From the NCBI GenBank assembly GCA_963801355.1, contig CAWDEM010000004.1, positions 1,120,001 to 1,184,000 of the forward strand: a stretch of 64,000 nt of DNA. The letters are read 5' to 3'. Origin of the DNA: Ignavibacteriota bacterium (GTDB lineage: Bacteria > Bacteroidota > Ignavibacteria > UBA10030 > UBA6906). This document shows, piece by piece, positions 32,090 through 41,977 of the stretch. A program made the position numbers and the translations under genes. Every line of letters starts with the position of its first letter. Within the stretch, counting starts at the first letter, position 1. Below the pieces are notes generated by a model. The model searched no databases. It was not told where the DNA came from and saw only the letters and a program-made list of their open reading frames with translations.

Positions 32090-33650
32090 GTGTCTGTCCG
32101 AGTAATAGTTTTCCACATATAGTGTAACGTCCTCATCTGTTCGTATATTTGTGGGAGAAACAGTCGATGTCCCACAATGTAGTCGAGCGATGAGTAAGAC
32201 ATACCGTCCGTTTGAGCCTGACCAGATGTTCCTTTTGCCGCCGTCCTTGATAGATTGGCTGCCGAAGGATCATATGGTGTTCTTTCTCAGAGATATCCTG
32301 GAGAAGATCGACCTGAGTCCGATCACCAGCGTGTATGAACGGGAGGAACGGGGATTTCCTCCGTACCATCCGAAGGTGATGACGGGGATCCTCCTGTACG
32401 GATATGCAACGGGTATCTGGTCCTCACGGAAACTGGCCAAGCGCTGCCAGGAAGATGTCGCTTTCCGGGTGCTGGCGGCGAACAATGGACCAGACTTCCG
32501 GACAATCAGTGACTTTCGCAAGCGACACCTGACATCATTAGAGCATCTGTTCAAAGAGATCCTCATCCTTTGCCAGAAAGCGGGGCTGGTGAGGTTTGGC
32601 CACATCGCACTGGACGGGACAAAGGTGAAAGCCAACGCTTCAAAACACAAGGCGATGAGCTACGGCCGCATGAAGCAGGAACAGAGTCGTCTGGGGCAGG
32701 AGATCGCTCATTTACTCAAAGAGGCCGAGAAGACTGACAGACGGGAAGACCGCAAGTATGGCCCCGATAAACGGGGAGATGAACTCCCCGAAGAACTCGT
32801 CCGCCGCGAGACACGTCTGGCCAGGATCATGGAGGCCAAACGGGCGTTGGAGGAGGAAGCCAAGCACAACAAGGACGATGATCCTCCTTCCGGGCCGCCG
32901 ATGGCAAAAGTAAAGAGCGAGAAGAACTCCAAGACCGGTAAGGCAGCACCCACGGACCGTGCCCAGAGAAACTTCACCGATCCGGACTCCCGTATCATGC
33001 CATACCAGAAAACATTCATTCAGGGGTACAATGCCCAACTCGCAGTGGACAGCGCGCATCAGATAATTGTCGCAACAGATGTCTCCAACAGCCCGACAGA
33101 TGAATCGCAACTAAAGTACATGCTCTCACGACTTCCCCGAAAACCGCGGGTCTTCTCTGCTGACGCTGGATACGCAAGCAAGGACAACATTATCTACCTT
33201 AAGAGACGAAAGATCGATGCCTACATCGCGTGTGGTCGAGAGAAGAATGGCCTGAGAGATGATCCCCCTCCCCGTGGGCGGATGCCGGAGGGGCTCACAC
33301 TCCAGGACCGCATGCGACGCAAAGTTCGAACTCTCAAAGGGAGACGGCTCTACGCCAGACGCAAGGCGATCGTTGAGCCACCGATCGGCCAGATCAAGCA
33401 TGCGCTCGGCTTCCGGCAGTTCAGTCTCAGAGGTCACCCAAAGGTGCAAGCTGAATGGTTTTTGGTGAGCGCGGTACATAATCTGAGGAAACTGTTCACC
33501 GCTTGTCTCAAAAAACCTGCGATACGGGATCTGCTCCTGGTCACCTGATCAAGAAAAACGAACGGTTGTCAAAGAACTATACTGGTGAACCGTCCAAAAA
33601 CATGCTTCACCGGATTCCAACTACATGAACCTACATACTCGGACGGTCAC
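32090..33650 (+). mobile_element. Complete IS1182-family insertion sequence (1561 bp) with CTAG target duplication
   Basis: IRL GTGTCTGTCCGAGTA (32090-32104) and IRR TACTCGGACGGTCAC (33636-33650) match at 13/15. CTAG at 32086-32089 and 33651-33654. Confidence 0.92.
32190..33548 (+). CDS. IS1182-family DDE transposase
   Basis: LLPPSL..WLP..H, PPYHP, SSRKLA, PDFRTISDFR, ALDGTKVKANASKHK, TDPDSR, GYNAQ, ADAGY, RK.IVEP. Confidence 0.95.
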   Translation: MSKTYRPFEPDQMFLLPPSLIDWLPKDHMVFFLRDILEKIDLSPITSVYEREERGFPPYHPKVMTGILLYGYATGIWSSRKLAKRCQEDVAFRVLAANNGPDFRTISDFRKRHLTSLEHLFKEILILCQKAGLVRFGHIALDGTKVKANASKHKAMSYGRMKQEQSRLGQEIAHLLKEAEKTDRREDRKYGPDKRGDELPEELVRRETRLARIMEAKRALEEEAKHNKDDDPPSGPPMAKVKSEKNSKTGKAAPTDRAQRNFTDPDSRIMPYQKTFIQGYNAQLAVDSAHQIIVATDVSNSPTDESQLKYMLSRLPRKPRVFSADAGYASKDNIIYLKRRKIDAYIACGREKNGLRDDPPPRGRMPEGLTLQDRMRRKVRTLKGRRLYARRKAIVEPPIGQIKHALGFRQFSLRGHPKVQAEWFLVSAVHNLRKLFTACLKKPAIRDLLLVT

Positions 33651-33684
33651 CTAGTCTCTATTTGCCGGGAACAGGGAGGTAACC

Positions 33685-35523
33685 ATGTGCGGCATCGTCG
33701 GATATATCGGAACGCAGAATTGTGTTCCATTCATACTCGAAGGCCTGCGCAGGCTGGAGTATCGCGGATATGATTCTGCGGGGATCGCGGTTGTCCGCGA
33801 CGGTGTGCTGCTCATCCGCAAGAAAGCGGGGAAGGTGTCCGAGCTTGCGAAGTTGCTGGGGGAGGAAGATGGTGCACTGACTGCACCCCTCGGGATGGGT
33901 CACACACGGTGGGCCACGCATGGCGAACCGAACGACATCAACGCCCATCCGCACTGGGATCAGAAGAAACAGATTGCCATTGTCCATAATGGCATCATTG
34001 AAAACTACATGACGATCAAAACGAAGCTGATGCGTGATGGTCATCAGTTTCTGGGCGCGTCCGATACCGAAGTGCTCGCCCATCTGATCGGGGTCGCGTT
34101 CGAGCAATGCGGTGATCTGACAGCGGCGGTGCGTGCGGCACTCGCCGATGTGGAGGGAACGTACGGAATCGTCGTGCTGTCGCCGCAGGCACCCGATCGC
34201 ATCGTCGTTGCGCGCAAAGGGAGTCCGCTCATTATCGGCGTGGGCGATCACGAGAACTATGTCGCGTCCGATGCTTCCGCGATTGTTGCCCGCACGCGTT
34301 CGGTCGTGTACCTTGACGACGGCGAGATCGCGGAAATCACGGCAGAGCATATCCGGACCATGACGATTGACGACGTGGCCGTGGAGAAATCCGTTCATCA
34401 GATCACCCTCGAGTTATCGCAGATTGAACGGGGTGGCTATGATCATTTCATGCTGAAGGAAATCAACGAGCAGCCGAACACCATTCTGAATGCGATGCGG
34501 GGCCGCCTGCTTGTAGAAGAAGGGGATGCCAAGCTCGGCGGACTGCAGAACACGATCGGCAAGCTTCTGAGTGCACGCCGGATCATTCTGACGGCGTGCG
34601 GTACATCATGGCACGCGGCACTTGTAGGCGAATATATGCTGGAACAGATCGCGCGGGTGCCGGCGGAAGTGGAATATGCGTCCGAGTTCCGCTATCGCGA
34701 TCCGATCGTCAATATCGACGACGTGGTGCTGCTCATCAGCCAGAGCGGTGAAACAGCGGATACGCTCTCTGCATTGCGCGAGGCGAAGCAGAAAGGGGCC
34801 ACAGTGCTGGGGATCGTGAATGTCGTGGGGAGCAGCATTGCCCGGGAATCGCACGGCGGGGTCTACGTGCACGCGGGTCCGGAGATCGGGGTTGCTTCCA
34901 CCAAGGCCTTCACATCCCAGCTCACCGTCCTTGCGTTGATCACGATCATGATCGCACGGGTCCGCGGGATGAACCGGGAACGCGGCATCACGCTGGCCAG
35001 GGAGCTTGCCCAGTTGCCGGAGAAAGTGTCGCAGGTGCTCCAGCACACCGAGGCTATTCAAAAGATCGCACAGGAATTCAAGGACACGCAGCATGTGCTC
35101 TACCTCGGCCGTGGCGCGAATTTCCCGGTGGCACTTGAGGGGGCGTTGAAGCTGAAAGAGATCTCGTACATCCATGCCGAAGGCTATCCTGCCGCTGAAA
35201 TGAAGCACGGGCCGATCGCGCTGATCGATAAGAATATGCCGGTGGTGTTCATCGTGCCCCGGGACGGCATTTACGACAAAGTGATCAGCAATATCCAGGA
35301 GGTCCGGGCGCGGAAAGGCCGCATTATCGCGGTGGCGAATGACGATGACACGGAGATCGAGGGGCTCGCCGAATTCGTGATCCGCGTCCCGCGGACCTAC
35401 GGATTCTTCGGACCGATTCTGAATATCATCCCCCTGCAGCTGCTTGCATATTACATGGCCGTCGCGAGGGGGACCAATGTGGACCAGCCGAGAAATCTGG
35501 CGAAAAGCGTAACCGTCGAGTAA
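33685..35523 (+). CDS. glmS: Glutamine-fructose-6-phosphate transaminase
   Basis: MCGIVG, EYRGYDSAG, HTRWATHG, SQSGETADT, DQPRNLAKSVTVE. Confidence 0.98.
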   Translation: MCGIVGYIGTQNCVPFILEGLRRLEYRGYDSAGIAVVRDGVLLIRKKAGKVSELAKLLGEEDGALTAPLGMGHTRWATHGEPNDINAHPHWDQKKQIAIVHNGIIENYMTIKTKLMRDGHQFLGASDTEVLAHLIGVAFEQCGDLTAAVRAALADVEGTYGIVVLSPQAPDRIVVARKGSPLIIGVGDHENYVASDASAIVARTRSVVYLDDGEIAEITAEHIRTMTIDDVAVEKSVHQITLELSQIERGGYDHFMLKEINEQPNTILNAMRGRLLVEEGDAKLGGLQNTIGKLLSARRIILTACGTSWHAALVGEYMLEQIARVPAEVEYASEFRYRDPIVNIDDVVLLISQSGETADTLSALREAKQKGATVLGIVNVVGSSIARESHGGVYVHAGPEIGVASTKAFTSQLTVLALITIMIARVRGMNRERGITLARELAQLPEKVSQVLQHTEAIQKIAQEFKDTQHVLYLGRGANFPVALEGALKLKEISYIHAEGYPAAEMKHGPIALIDKNMPVVFIVPRDGIYDKVISNIQEVRARKGRIIAVANDDDTEIEGLAEFVIRVPRTYGFFGPILNIIPLQLLAYYMAVARGTNVDQPRNLAKSVTVE

Positions 35524-35544
35524 CGGAGAGACCGAGGAAATCCG

Positions 35545-36381
35545 ATGAAACACGAAATGCGTTTCAAACCGAATGAATGGGCTCTCGTCCTGGGCGCTTC
35601 CAGCGGGTTCGGGGGAGCAAGCGCAATCGAGTTCGCCCGCCACGGTATGAATATTTTCGGCGTCCACCTGGACCGGCAGGCGACCATGCCCGTGGTGCAA
35701 GGAGTTCTCAGGGAGATCAGGCACGCCGGCAGAGAAGCGATCTTCTTCAATATGAACGCGGCAGACGCCATCAAACGCAATGAGACGCTCGACGAGATAC
35801 AGGAACGGTTCGGGACTCACTCGCAACAGACGGTCAAGGTACTGCTGCACTCACTCGCGTTCGGGACCCTGAAGCCGTTCATCGCAAAGAAGCCGGATGA
35901 GGCGTTGACACAGGCACAGATGGAAATGACCATCGACGTCATGGCCAACAGTCTTGTCTACTGGGTGCAGGGATTGGTGGGGCGCGGCTTAATGAAACGC
36001 GGGGGACGAATATTCGGCATGACCAGTTCCGGCGGGCACAGCGTGCTGCCGGCGTACGGTGCGGTGTCCGGTGCCAAAGCGGCCATGGAATCTCACATCC
36101 GACAATTGGCGATGGAGCTGGGCCCTCTGGGAATAACCGCGAATGCCCTGATGGCCGGTGTGACAGACACGCCGGCGCTGCGGAAGATCCCCGGCTCCGG
36201 CGGGATGCTGCAGATTGCCCGATGGAAAAATCCGGGCGGACGCCTGACCGCGCCAGAAGATGTGGCCCGCGCACTCGTCCTCCTGTGTGAAGACGGCGCG
36301 TCGTGGATTTCCGGCAATGTCATCGGGGTGGATGGCGGAGAGGACATCGTGAGTTATGTCGGGCAGAAGGGGGCCGAATAA
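35545..36381 (+). CDS. SDR oxidoreductase, FabL-like enoyl-ACP reductase
   Basis: LVLGASSGFG, YGAVSGAK (Yx6K spacing), TDTPAL, DGG. Confidence 0.75.
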   Translation: MKHEMRFKPNEWALVLGASSGFGGASAIEFARHGMNIFGVHLDRQATMPVVQGVLREIRHAGREAIFFNMNAADAIKRNETLDEIQERFGTHSQQTVKVLLHSLAFGTLKPFIAKKPDEALTQAQMEMTIDVMANSLVYWVQGLVGRGLMKRGGRIFGMTSSGGHSVLPAYGAVSGAKAAMESHIRQLAMELGPLGITANALMAGVTDTPALRKIPGSGGMLQIARWKNPGGRLTAPEDVARALVLLCEDGASWISGNVIGVDGGEDIVSYVGQKGAE

Positions 36382-36412
36382 CCGCGACCCGGTGTACAGA
36401 GGTGCCTCCGCG

Positions 36413-36610
36413 CTACGGTTTCTTCTTCTCCCGCAACAGGAAAATGGTGCCTGCGATCACCATCACTCCTCCCCACCAGATCGCAGGATGTGTCGATCCC
36501 AGTGCTGTCTGGCGCGCCGGGGGAGTGATATAGTCGAAAATCCCCGCCACAACGACGAACACGCCCATGATCGCCAGGGTCAGTCCGACAAAGAACCAGA
36601 TCGATTTCAT
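36413..36610 (-). CDS. Small two-TM membrane protein, likely partner of the solute symporter
   Basis: 65 aa, two hydrophobic helices, AGGAG RBS, 12 nt after the SSS gene. Confidence 0.75.
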   Translation of the reverse strand: MKSIWFFVGLTLAIMGVFVVVAGIFDYITPPARQTALGSTHPAIWWGGVMVIAGTIFLLREKKKP

Positions 36611-36622
36611 GGCGTGTTCTCC

Positions 36623-38284
36623 TTACCAGAAGTAGATGTTGAGCGCGACGAGCACGACGACGGAAATGACTGCCCAGGTCTCCGGTCTGCGCATGAGAGG
36701 GACGTGGATTTCGCCGACCGCAGGCGTAAATCCTTTTACCAGGCCGACGAGGTCAGCTTCAGGTTTCTTTTTCGTGAAGAAACTGATGACGATGGTCGAG
36801 ACAAAGCAGATCAGCCATGCCCACCAGGCGCGCCAGAAATTCGCGGCCATATCGCTTGCCGATGTGGAGAGTGTGAGCACCGAGTTATCGACCCACTGGA
36901 ACTTCACCGCGAGGAACAGGAAGAAGGATGATCCCATGCCGGCAAGCAGGCCCCAGAAGGCGGCGGTGGGGGTGATCCAGGGGATGAACATGCCGAGCAG
37001 CATGGTGGCGAACAGCGGAGCGTTCACCCACGAGAAAATCGCCTGCATGTAGTCCATAATACTCGGGAAGCTCTTCGCCCAGTATGCGGTCACGATGCTG
37101 AGCAACACTCCTGCGACCGTGGCGACACGGCCCATCCAGAGCAGATGTGCGTCCGAGGCATTCCTGTTGATCACCGACTTGTAGATGTCGTAGGTCCAGA
37201 CCGTGTTGAATGCGCTGATATTTCCCGCCTGCCCTGCCATAAATCCGGCCAGCAATGCCGTGACCCCGAGGCCGATCAATCCACTCGGATAGTAGCGGGC
37301 GATCAGCAACGGCAGCGCGGAGTCGTAGTTCACCTGGCCTCCCTCCTGGATCAATGCGAACCCGCTGCCGGGGTCACGGGAGAGCGCGAGGGCGATCAGG
37401 CCGGCCAGAATCACGATGAAGGGGAGCGCCATCTTGAAAAACGAGGCGAGCACCGGGGTCATGCGCGCAGAGCGGAGGTCTTTCGCGGAAAACGCCCGTT
37501 GCACCACCAGAAAATCGGTGGTCCAGTATCCGAACGACAGAACGAACCCGAGGCCGAGAACAATTCCTGCCCAGGTAATCATCATGCCGTTCTGCGATGC
37601 GTCGCCGGATGTGGACCAGAGAGTGGAAAACGACTCCGGAATCCGGTTGAGAATTTCCTGGACACTGCCGATTTCGACGATGCCGAGGATAGACACAAGG
37701 AACAGCCCGAACCAGATCAGGAAGAACTGGATGATCTCGGTGAAGATGGCGGACATCAAACCGCTCATGCCCACATACACAGCGACCGTGATTGCCGAAA
37801 TCCACATGCTCACGTTCCAGTCCCACCCGACAAACGTGCGAAGCACGAGGGCCATGGCGTACAAGTTGATGCCGGAGACAAGGAGTGTCATGACGCCGAA
37901 GGCGATGCCGTTCAGGACCCGGGTTTTCTCGTCAAAACGGAGCTTGAGATATCCCGGGATCGATTTGATGCGGCTGCTGTAGTAGAAGGGCATCATGTAG
38001 ATGCCGAGGAACAGCATTGCGGGAATCGCGCCGATCCAGTAGAAATGTGCGACGTACATGCCGTACTTGAACGTGTTACCGGTCATGCCAAGCAGTTCCA
38101 GCGCTCCGAGGTTGGCAGAGAGGAACGCAAGGCCGGCCACCCACGAGCTGTTCCTCCTGCCCGCAAGGAAGAAGTCCTCCTCGCTTTTTGTGTAGCGCTT
38201 GAGGTAGAAGCCGAGTCCGAGCACGACGCCGAAGTAGGAGGCAATGACGAGCCAGTCCATGACACCGAGACTGAGAGCTTGCAT
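36623..38284 (-). CDS. Sodium:solute symporter (sugar type)
   Basis: EDFFLAGR, SANLGA, YWTTD..VVQR, about 13-14 TM segments. Confidence 0.92.
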   Translation of the reverse strand: MQALSLGVMDWLVIASYFGVVLGLGFYLKRYTKSEEDFFLAGRRNSSWVAGLAFLSANLGALELLGMTGNTFKYGMYVAHFYWIGAIPAMLFLGIYMMPFYYSSRIKSIPGYLKLRFDEKTRVLNGIAFGVMTLLVSGINLYAMALVLRTFVGWDWNVSMWISAITVAVYVGMSGLMSAIFTEIIQFFLIWFGLFLVSILGIVEIGSVQEILNRIPESFSTLWSTSGDASQNGMMITWAGIVLGLGFVLSFGYWTTDFLVVQRAFSAKDLRSARMTPVLASFFKMALPFIVILAGLIALALSRDPGSGFALIQEGGQVNYDSALPLLIARYYPSGLIGLGVTALLAGFMAGQAGNISAFNTVWTYDIYKSVINRNASDAHLLWMGRVATVAGVLLSIVTAYWAKSFPSIMDYMQAIFSWVNAPLFATMLLGMFIPWITPTAAFWGLLAGMGSSFFLFLAVKFQWVDNSVLTLSTSASDMAANFWRAWWAWLICFVSTIVISFFTKKKPEADLVGLVKGFTPAVGEIHVPLMRRPETWAVISVVVLVALNIYFW

Positions 38285-38402
38285 GGCGATGGATCTCCAG
38301 AGAATCGATGAGATATTAGGAATAGCAACATACGTTCCGGAGTTGTTGAATGCAAGGGGGAAATGGAGTCAGGCCCCCGTCTCCTCACGCCCTTGAATCT
38401 GC

Positions 38403-38458
38403 TTGACTTTTCAACAATTTCCATATATTGTCCATACATCATACGTAATACGATATAC
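38403..38458 (+). promoter_or_regulatory. Sigma70 promoter and probable operator repeats upstream of the GntR gene
   Basis: TTGACT-17 nt-TATTGT (38403-38431), then CATACAT CATACGT AATACGA TATAC. Confidence 0.55.
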
Positions 38459-38476
38459 TTACCCCTGCAGGTCCTG

Positions 38477-39220
38477 ATGGACACACCGTTTACCAAAATC
38501 CAACGCCCTTCAACGCTGAGCCAGGTGATTGTCGAAAACGTCGAACAGTATATCAGGGATCGGAAACTTGTCCCGGGGCAAAAACTTCCCACTGAACAAG
38601 AGCTCTGTGAGATGTTTTCCGTAAGCCGGACGGCGGTGCGCGAAGCCCTGCGCATGCTGAGCGCCCGCGGGCTGATCACCATCAGAAAGCGAAGGGGCAT
38701 GTTTGTCAGCGACATGTCATCATCGCACGCCGTCTCCACGATGGGGTTATTCCTCGAGCTCAAATTCGATAAGGACTACATTCTCCACGTGTTCAATGTA
38801 CGGCGCGCGATAGAGCCGGAGGTATGTCGCTGGGCGGCGCAACACCGGACGGCCGAAGACATCGCCGTCCTCCGGAAAAACCTGGAGAAGATGGAGGGGT
38901 GTGATCCGGAAGACCGCGACATTGAAAGCGTCCTTGATCAGGAGTTCCACTCGACCGTCACCGCGGCCAGCAAGAATCCCATCGCGCCCGTTGTTCTCGA
39001 GCCGATCTTCGCGTTGATGCCCAAAATCCGTACGATGGTCTACGGCAACATCGCCGACTGCAAGAGCTCAGCGCTGGACTATCACCGTGAAATCTTCGAC
39101 GCAATCAATCGGCAGGACGACGAGCGCGCATGTACCCTGATGCGCAATCACATAACCCGGGCAGCGCTTCAGGCAAACGAAGCGATCGACAGGATCAACC
39201 AGCTACAGGAACATCTATGA
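38477..39220 (+). CDS. GntR/FadR family transcriptional regulator
   Basis: PGQKLPTEQEL...VSRTAVREAL wHTH; FCD domain DQEFH...ASKNP...H. Confidence 0.93.
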   Translation: MDTPFTKIQRPSTLSQVIVENVEQYIRDRKLVPGQKLPTEQELCEMFSVSRTAVREALRMLSARGLITIRKRRGMFVSDMSSSHAVSTMGLFLELKFDKDYILHVFNVRRAIEPEVCRWAAQHRTAEDIAVLRKNLEKMEGCDPEDRDIESVLDQEFHSTVTAASKNPIAPVVLEPIFALMPKIRTMVYGNIADCKSSALDYHREIFDAINRQDDERACTLMRNHITRAALQANEAIDRINQLQEHL

Positions 39221-40527
39221 ACACAACCGCAACCAGCAGTGTCGGACGGCTGTTCGCCGGCAACTACCGATGGGTCGTTTGTGCATTGCTCTTCTTTGCC
39301 ACGACTGTCAACTACATTGATCGTCAGATTCTCTCCCTGCTCAAGCCCATTCTCGATGAGGAGCTGCAGTGGACCAACGAGCAGTTCGGGATCGTGAATT
39401 CCGCATTTCAAGGTGCATACGGCATTGGTCTCCTGGCCTTCGGCTGGTTTATTGACCGCTTCGGCACAAAGATCGGGTACGGTGTCTCCATCGCCGCCTG
39501 GAGCGTTGCTGCGATCGGGCACGCCCTTGTGAGCAGTGTGGGTGGTTTCATGGGTGCCCGGATTGCGCTTGGTCTGGGTGAGGGGGGCAACTTCCCTTCG
39601 GCCATCAAGGCGGTGGCGCTCTGGTTTCCCAAAAAAGAGCGGGCGTTTGCCACGAGCATCTTCAACGCCGGAACCAACGTCGGCGCAATCATCGCTCCGG
39701 CGGTCGTCCCGTGGATTGCCTTCACCTGGGGTTGGCAGGCCGCTTTCATCGCCGCGGGCATCGCCGGATTCCTCTGGCTGTTCTTGTGGATACCGTTCTA
39801 TAATGTCCCGGAAAAAATCAAGCATCTCCAGCAGAAAGAGTTCGCACACATTCACAGTGATCTGGACGATTCGGTCGTGGGGGCGAAGACCTCCTGGGGC
39901 AGTCTCCTCCGGTACCGGCAGACGTGGGCATTCCTTGTTGCAAAAGGCCTCACCGATCCCATCTGGTGGTTCTTCCTTATCTGGCTTCCGGATTACTTCA
40001 AGCAGACACGCGGGTTGAATATCAAAGAAAGCTGGGTCCATCTCGTCACGATCTATGCCATCGTGACGGTTCTGAGTATTGCGGGAGGATGGATCACCGG
40101 GTATATGGCAAAACGGGGCTGGACCGTGACACGTGCACGCAAATCAGGAATGTTTCTCTTTGCGTTGCTGGTGGTGCCAATTTATGCTGTCACCACAGTT
40201 GGTGACTGGACAGCGGTGCTGCTCATCGGACTCGCGGGTGCCGCACACCAGGCCTGGTCAGCGAACTTGTTCACCACCGTGTCTGACATGTTTCCCAAGC
40301 ACGCAGTGGCTTCGGTCACCGGTATCGGCGGCATGGCCGGGGCGTTTCTCGGGATGTTCTTTCCGTTCTTGACGGGAAGGCTCCTCGATGTGTTTAAAGC
40401 CTCCGGAGACATCACCGGCGGCTATACGGTGCTGTTCACCATCTGCGCATTCGCATACCTGGTGACATTTGCCATCCACCACCTGCTCGCTCCGCGGTTT
40501 GAACTGTTCGACATGAATAAGGGATAG
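39217..40527 (+). CDS. exuT: MFS hexuronate transporter (ExuT-like)
   Basis: RW..CALLFFATTVNYIDRQ, GEGGNFP, WFPKKER, DPIWWF, AAHQAWSAN; adjacent to uxaC. Confidence 0.85.
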   Translation: MNTTATSSVGRLFAGNYRWVVCALLFFATTVNYIDRQILSLLKPILDEELQWTNEQFGIVNSAFQGAYGIGLLAFGWFIDRFGTKIGYGVSIAAWSVAAIGHALVSSVGGFMGARIALGLGEGGNFPSAIKAVALWFPKKERAFATSIFNAGTNVGAIIAPAVVPWIAFTWGWQAAFIAAGIAGFLWLFLWIPFYNVPEKIKHLQQKEFAHIHSDLDDSVVGAKTSWGSLLRYRQTWAFLVAKGLTDPIWWFFLIWLPDYFKQTRGLNIKESWVHLVTIYAIVTVLSIAGGWITGYMAKRGWTVTRARKSGMFLFALLVVPIYAVTTVGDWTAVLLIGLAGAAHQAWSANLFTTVSDMFPKHAVASVTGIGGMAGAFLGMFFPFLTGRLLDVFKASGDITGGYTVLFTICAFAYLVTFAIHHLLAPRFELFDMNKG

Positions 40528-40534
40528 CACACCA

Positions 40535-41977
40535 ATGAAGACACGCCCGTTCATCCATGAGCGTTTTCTGCTGGAAAACGACATCGCGGTCGAGCTGTAC
40601 GAACGCTATGCCCGCGACCTCCCGATCATCGACTATCACTCGCACCTGCCTCCCGCCGATGTTGCGCGCAACCGTACCTTCGACACGCTGACGCGCGTCT
40701 GGCTTGAAGGCGACCACTACAAGTGGCGCGCGATGAGGTCCAATGGAGTCGACGAACGTTTCTGCACCGGTGATGCAACCGACTGGGAGAAATTCGAAGC
40801 ATGGGCGGCAACGGTGCCGAAGACCCTCCGCAATCCGTTGTACCACTGGACGCACATGGAACTGCGGCGTCCGTTTGGCATCGACGACATCCTGTTAAGC
40901 ACAGAGACGGCGCGCAGGGTCTGGGATCGATGCAATGAGCTCCTGCACCAACCGGACTTCTCGGCGCGCGGGCTTCTGCGTCAATTCAACGTAGAGGTCA
41001 TCTGCACGACGGATGATCCCACGGATACCCTCGAGCACCACCGCGCGGTGGCTGCGGATCCCACATTCGGAGCGAAGATGGTCCCGGCGTACCGTCCCGA
41101 CAAAGCCCATCGGGTTGATGATCCGGTCTTCTTCAGAGGGTGGGTGGAACGGCTGGCCGCTGCAGCAGACATGACGATTGTCTCCTACATGGATTTCCTG
41201 GATGCGCTGCGCAAACGTCACGGGGTGTTTCATGACCTCGGATGCCGCGTGTCCGACCACGGACTCGAGAGCATCGTGGCCGACGACGCCTCTGCGGCCG
41301 ACATTGCCGGCATCTTCCGGCGTGCGATGGACGGCCATCAGGTGAGTGCCGCGGATGCCCAGAAATTCGGGGCTGCGCTGCTGTTCGAGTTCGGCCTCAT
41401 GGATAACGAGCGTGGTTGGACCCAGCAATACCATCTGGGGGCATTGCGCAACACGAATCCCCGCATGTTCCGCACACTCGGTCCGGATACGGGGTTCGAC
41501 ACCATCGGTGACTTTGACATCGCACGCCCGCTTGCCCGCATGCTCGGCAAACTCGATGATGCCCGGGCGCTGCCGAAAACCATCCTCTACAACCTCAATC
41601 CGCGCGACAATGAGCTGATGGCGACAATGATCGGGAATTTCCAGGACGGCAGTGTCCCCGGAAAAATGCAGTACGGGAGCGCATGGTGGTTCCTGGATCA
41701 AAAGGACGGCATGGAACGGCAGCTCAATGCGCTCTCCAATCTGGGGCTGCTCAGCCGGTTTGTCGGGATGCTCACTGATTCCCGCAGCTTCCTCTCGTTT
41801 CCGCGGCACGATTATTTCCGCCGGGTCCTCTGCAATATTCTCGGCAATGAGATGCAGCGCGGCCTCCTGCCCAATGAGATCGATCTGGTCGGGCCGATGG
41901 TTTCGGATATCAGTTACTACAACGCGAAGTCGTATTTCGGATTTGACGTTCCTTCCTCCAAGGAGGCTCTCACATGA
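40535..41977 (+). CDS. uxaC: Uronate isomerase
   Basis: PIIDYHSHL, DHYKWRAMR, TTDDP, WWFLD, GMLTDSRSFLSFPRHDYFRR. Confidence 0.97.
   Translation: MKTRPFIHERFLLENDIAVELYERYARDLPIIDYHSHLPPADVARNRTFDTLTRVWLEGDHYKWRAMRSNGVDERFCTGDATDWEKFEAWAATVPKTLRNPLYHWTHMELRRPFGIDDILLSTETARRVWDRCNELLHQPDFSARGLLRQFNVEVICTTDDPTDTLEHHRAVAADPTFGAKMVPAYRPDKAHRVDDPVFFRGWVERLAAAADMTIVSYMDFLDALRKRHGVFHDLGCRVSDHGLESIVADDASAADIAGIFRRAMDGHQVSAADAQKFGAALLFEFGLMDNERGWTQQYHLGALRNTNPRMFRTLGPDTGFDTIGDFDIARPLARMLGKLDDARALPKTILYNLNPRDNELMATMIGNFQDGSVPGKMQYGSAWWFLDQKDGMERQLNALSNLGLLSRFVGMLTDSRSFLSFPRHDYFRRVLCNILGNEMQRGLLPNEIDLVGPMVSDISYYNAKSYFGFDVPSSKEALT

Noticed and set aside
33651-33684. glmS ribozyme upstream of glmS
   Set aside because: The reconstructed leader is only about 35 nt and lacks the conserved core
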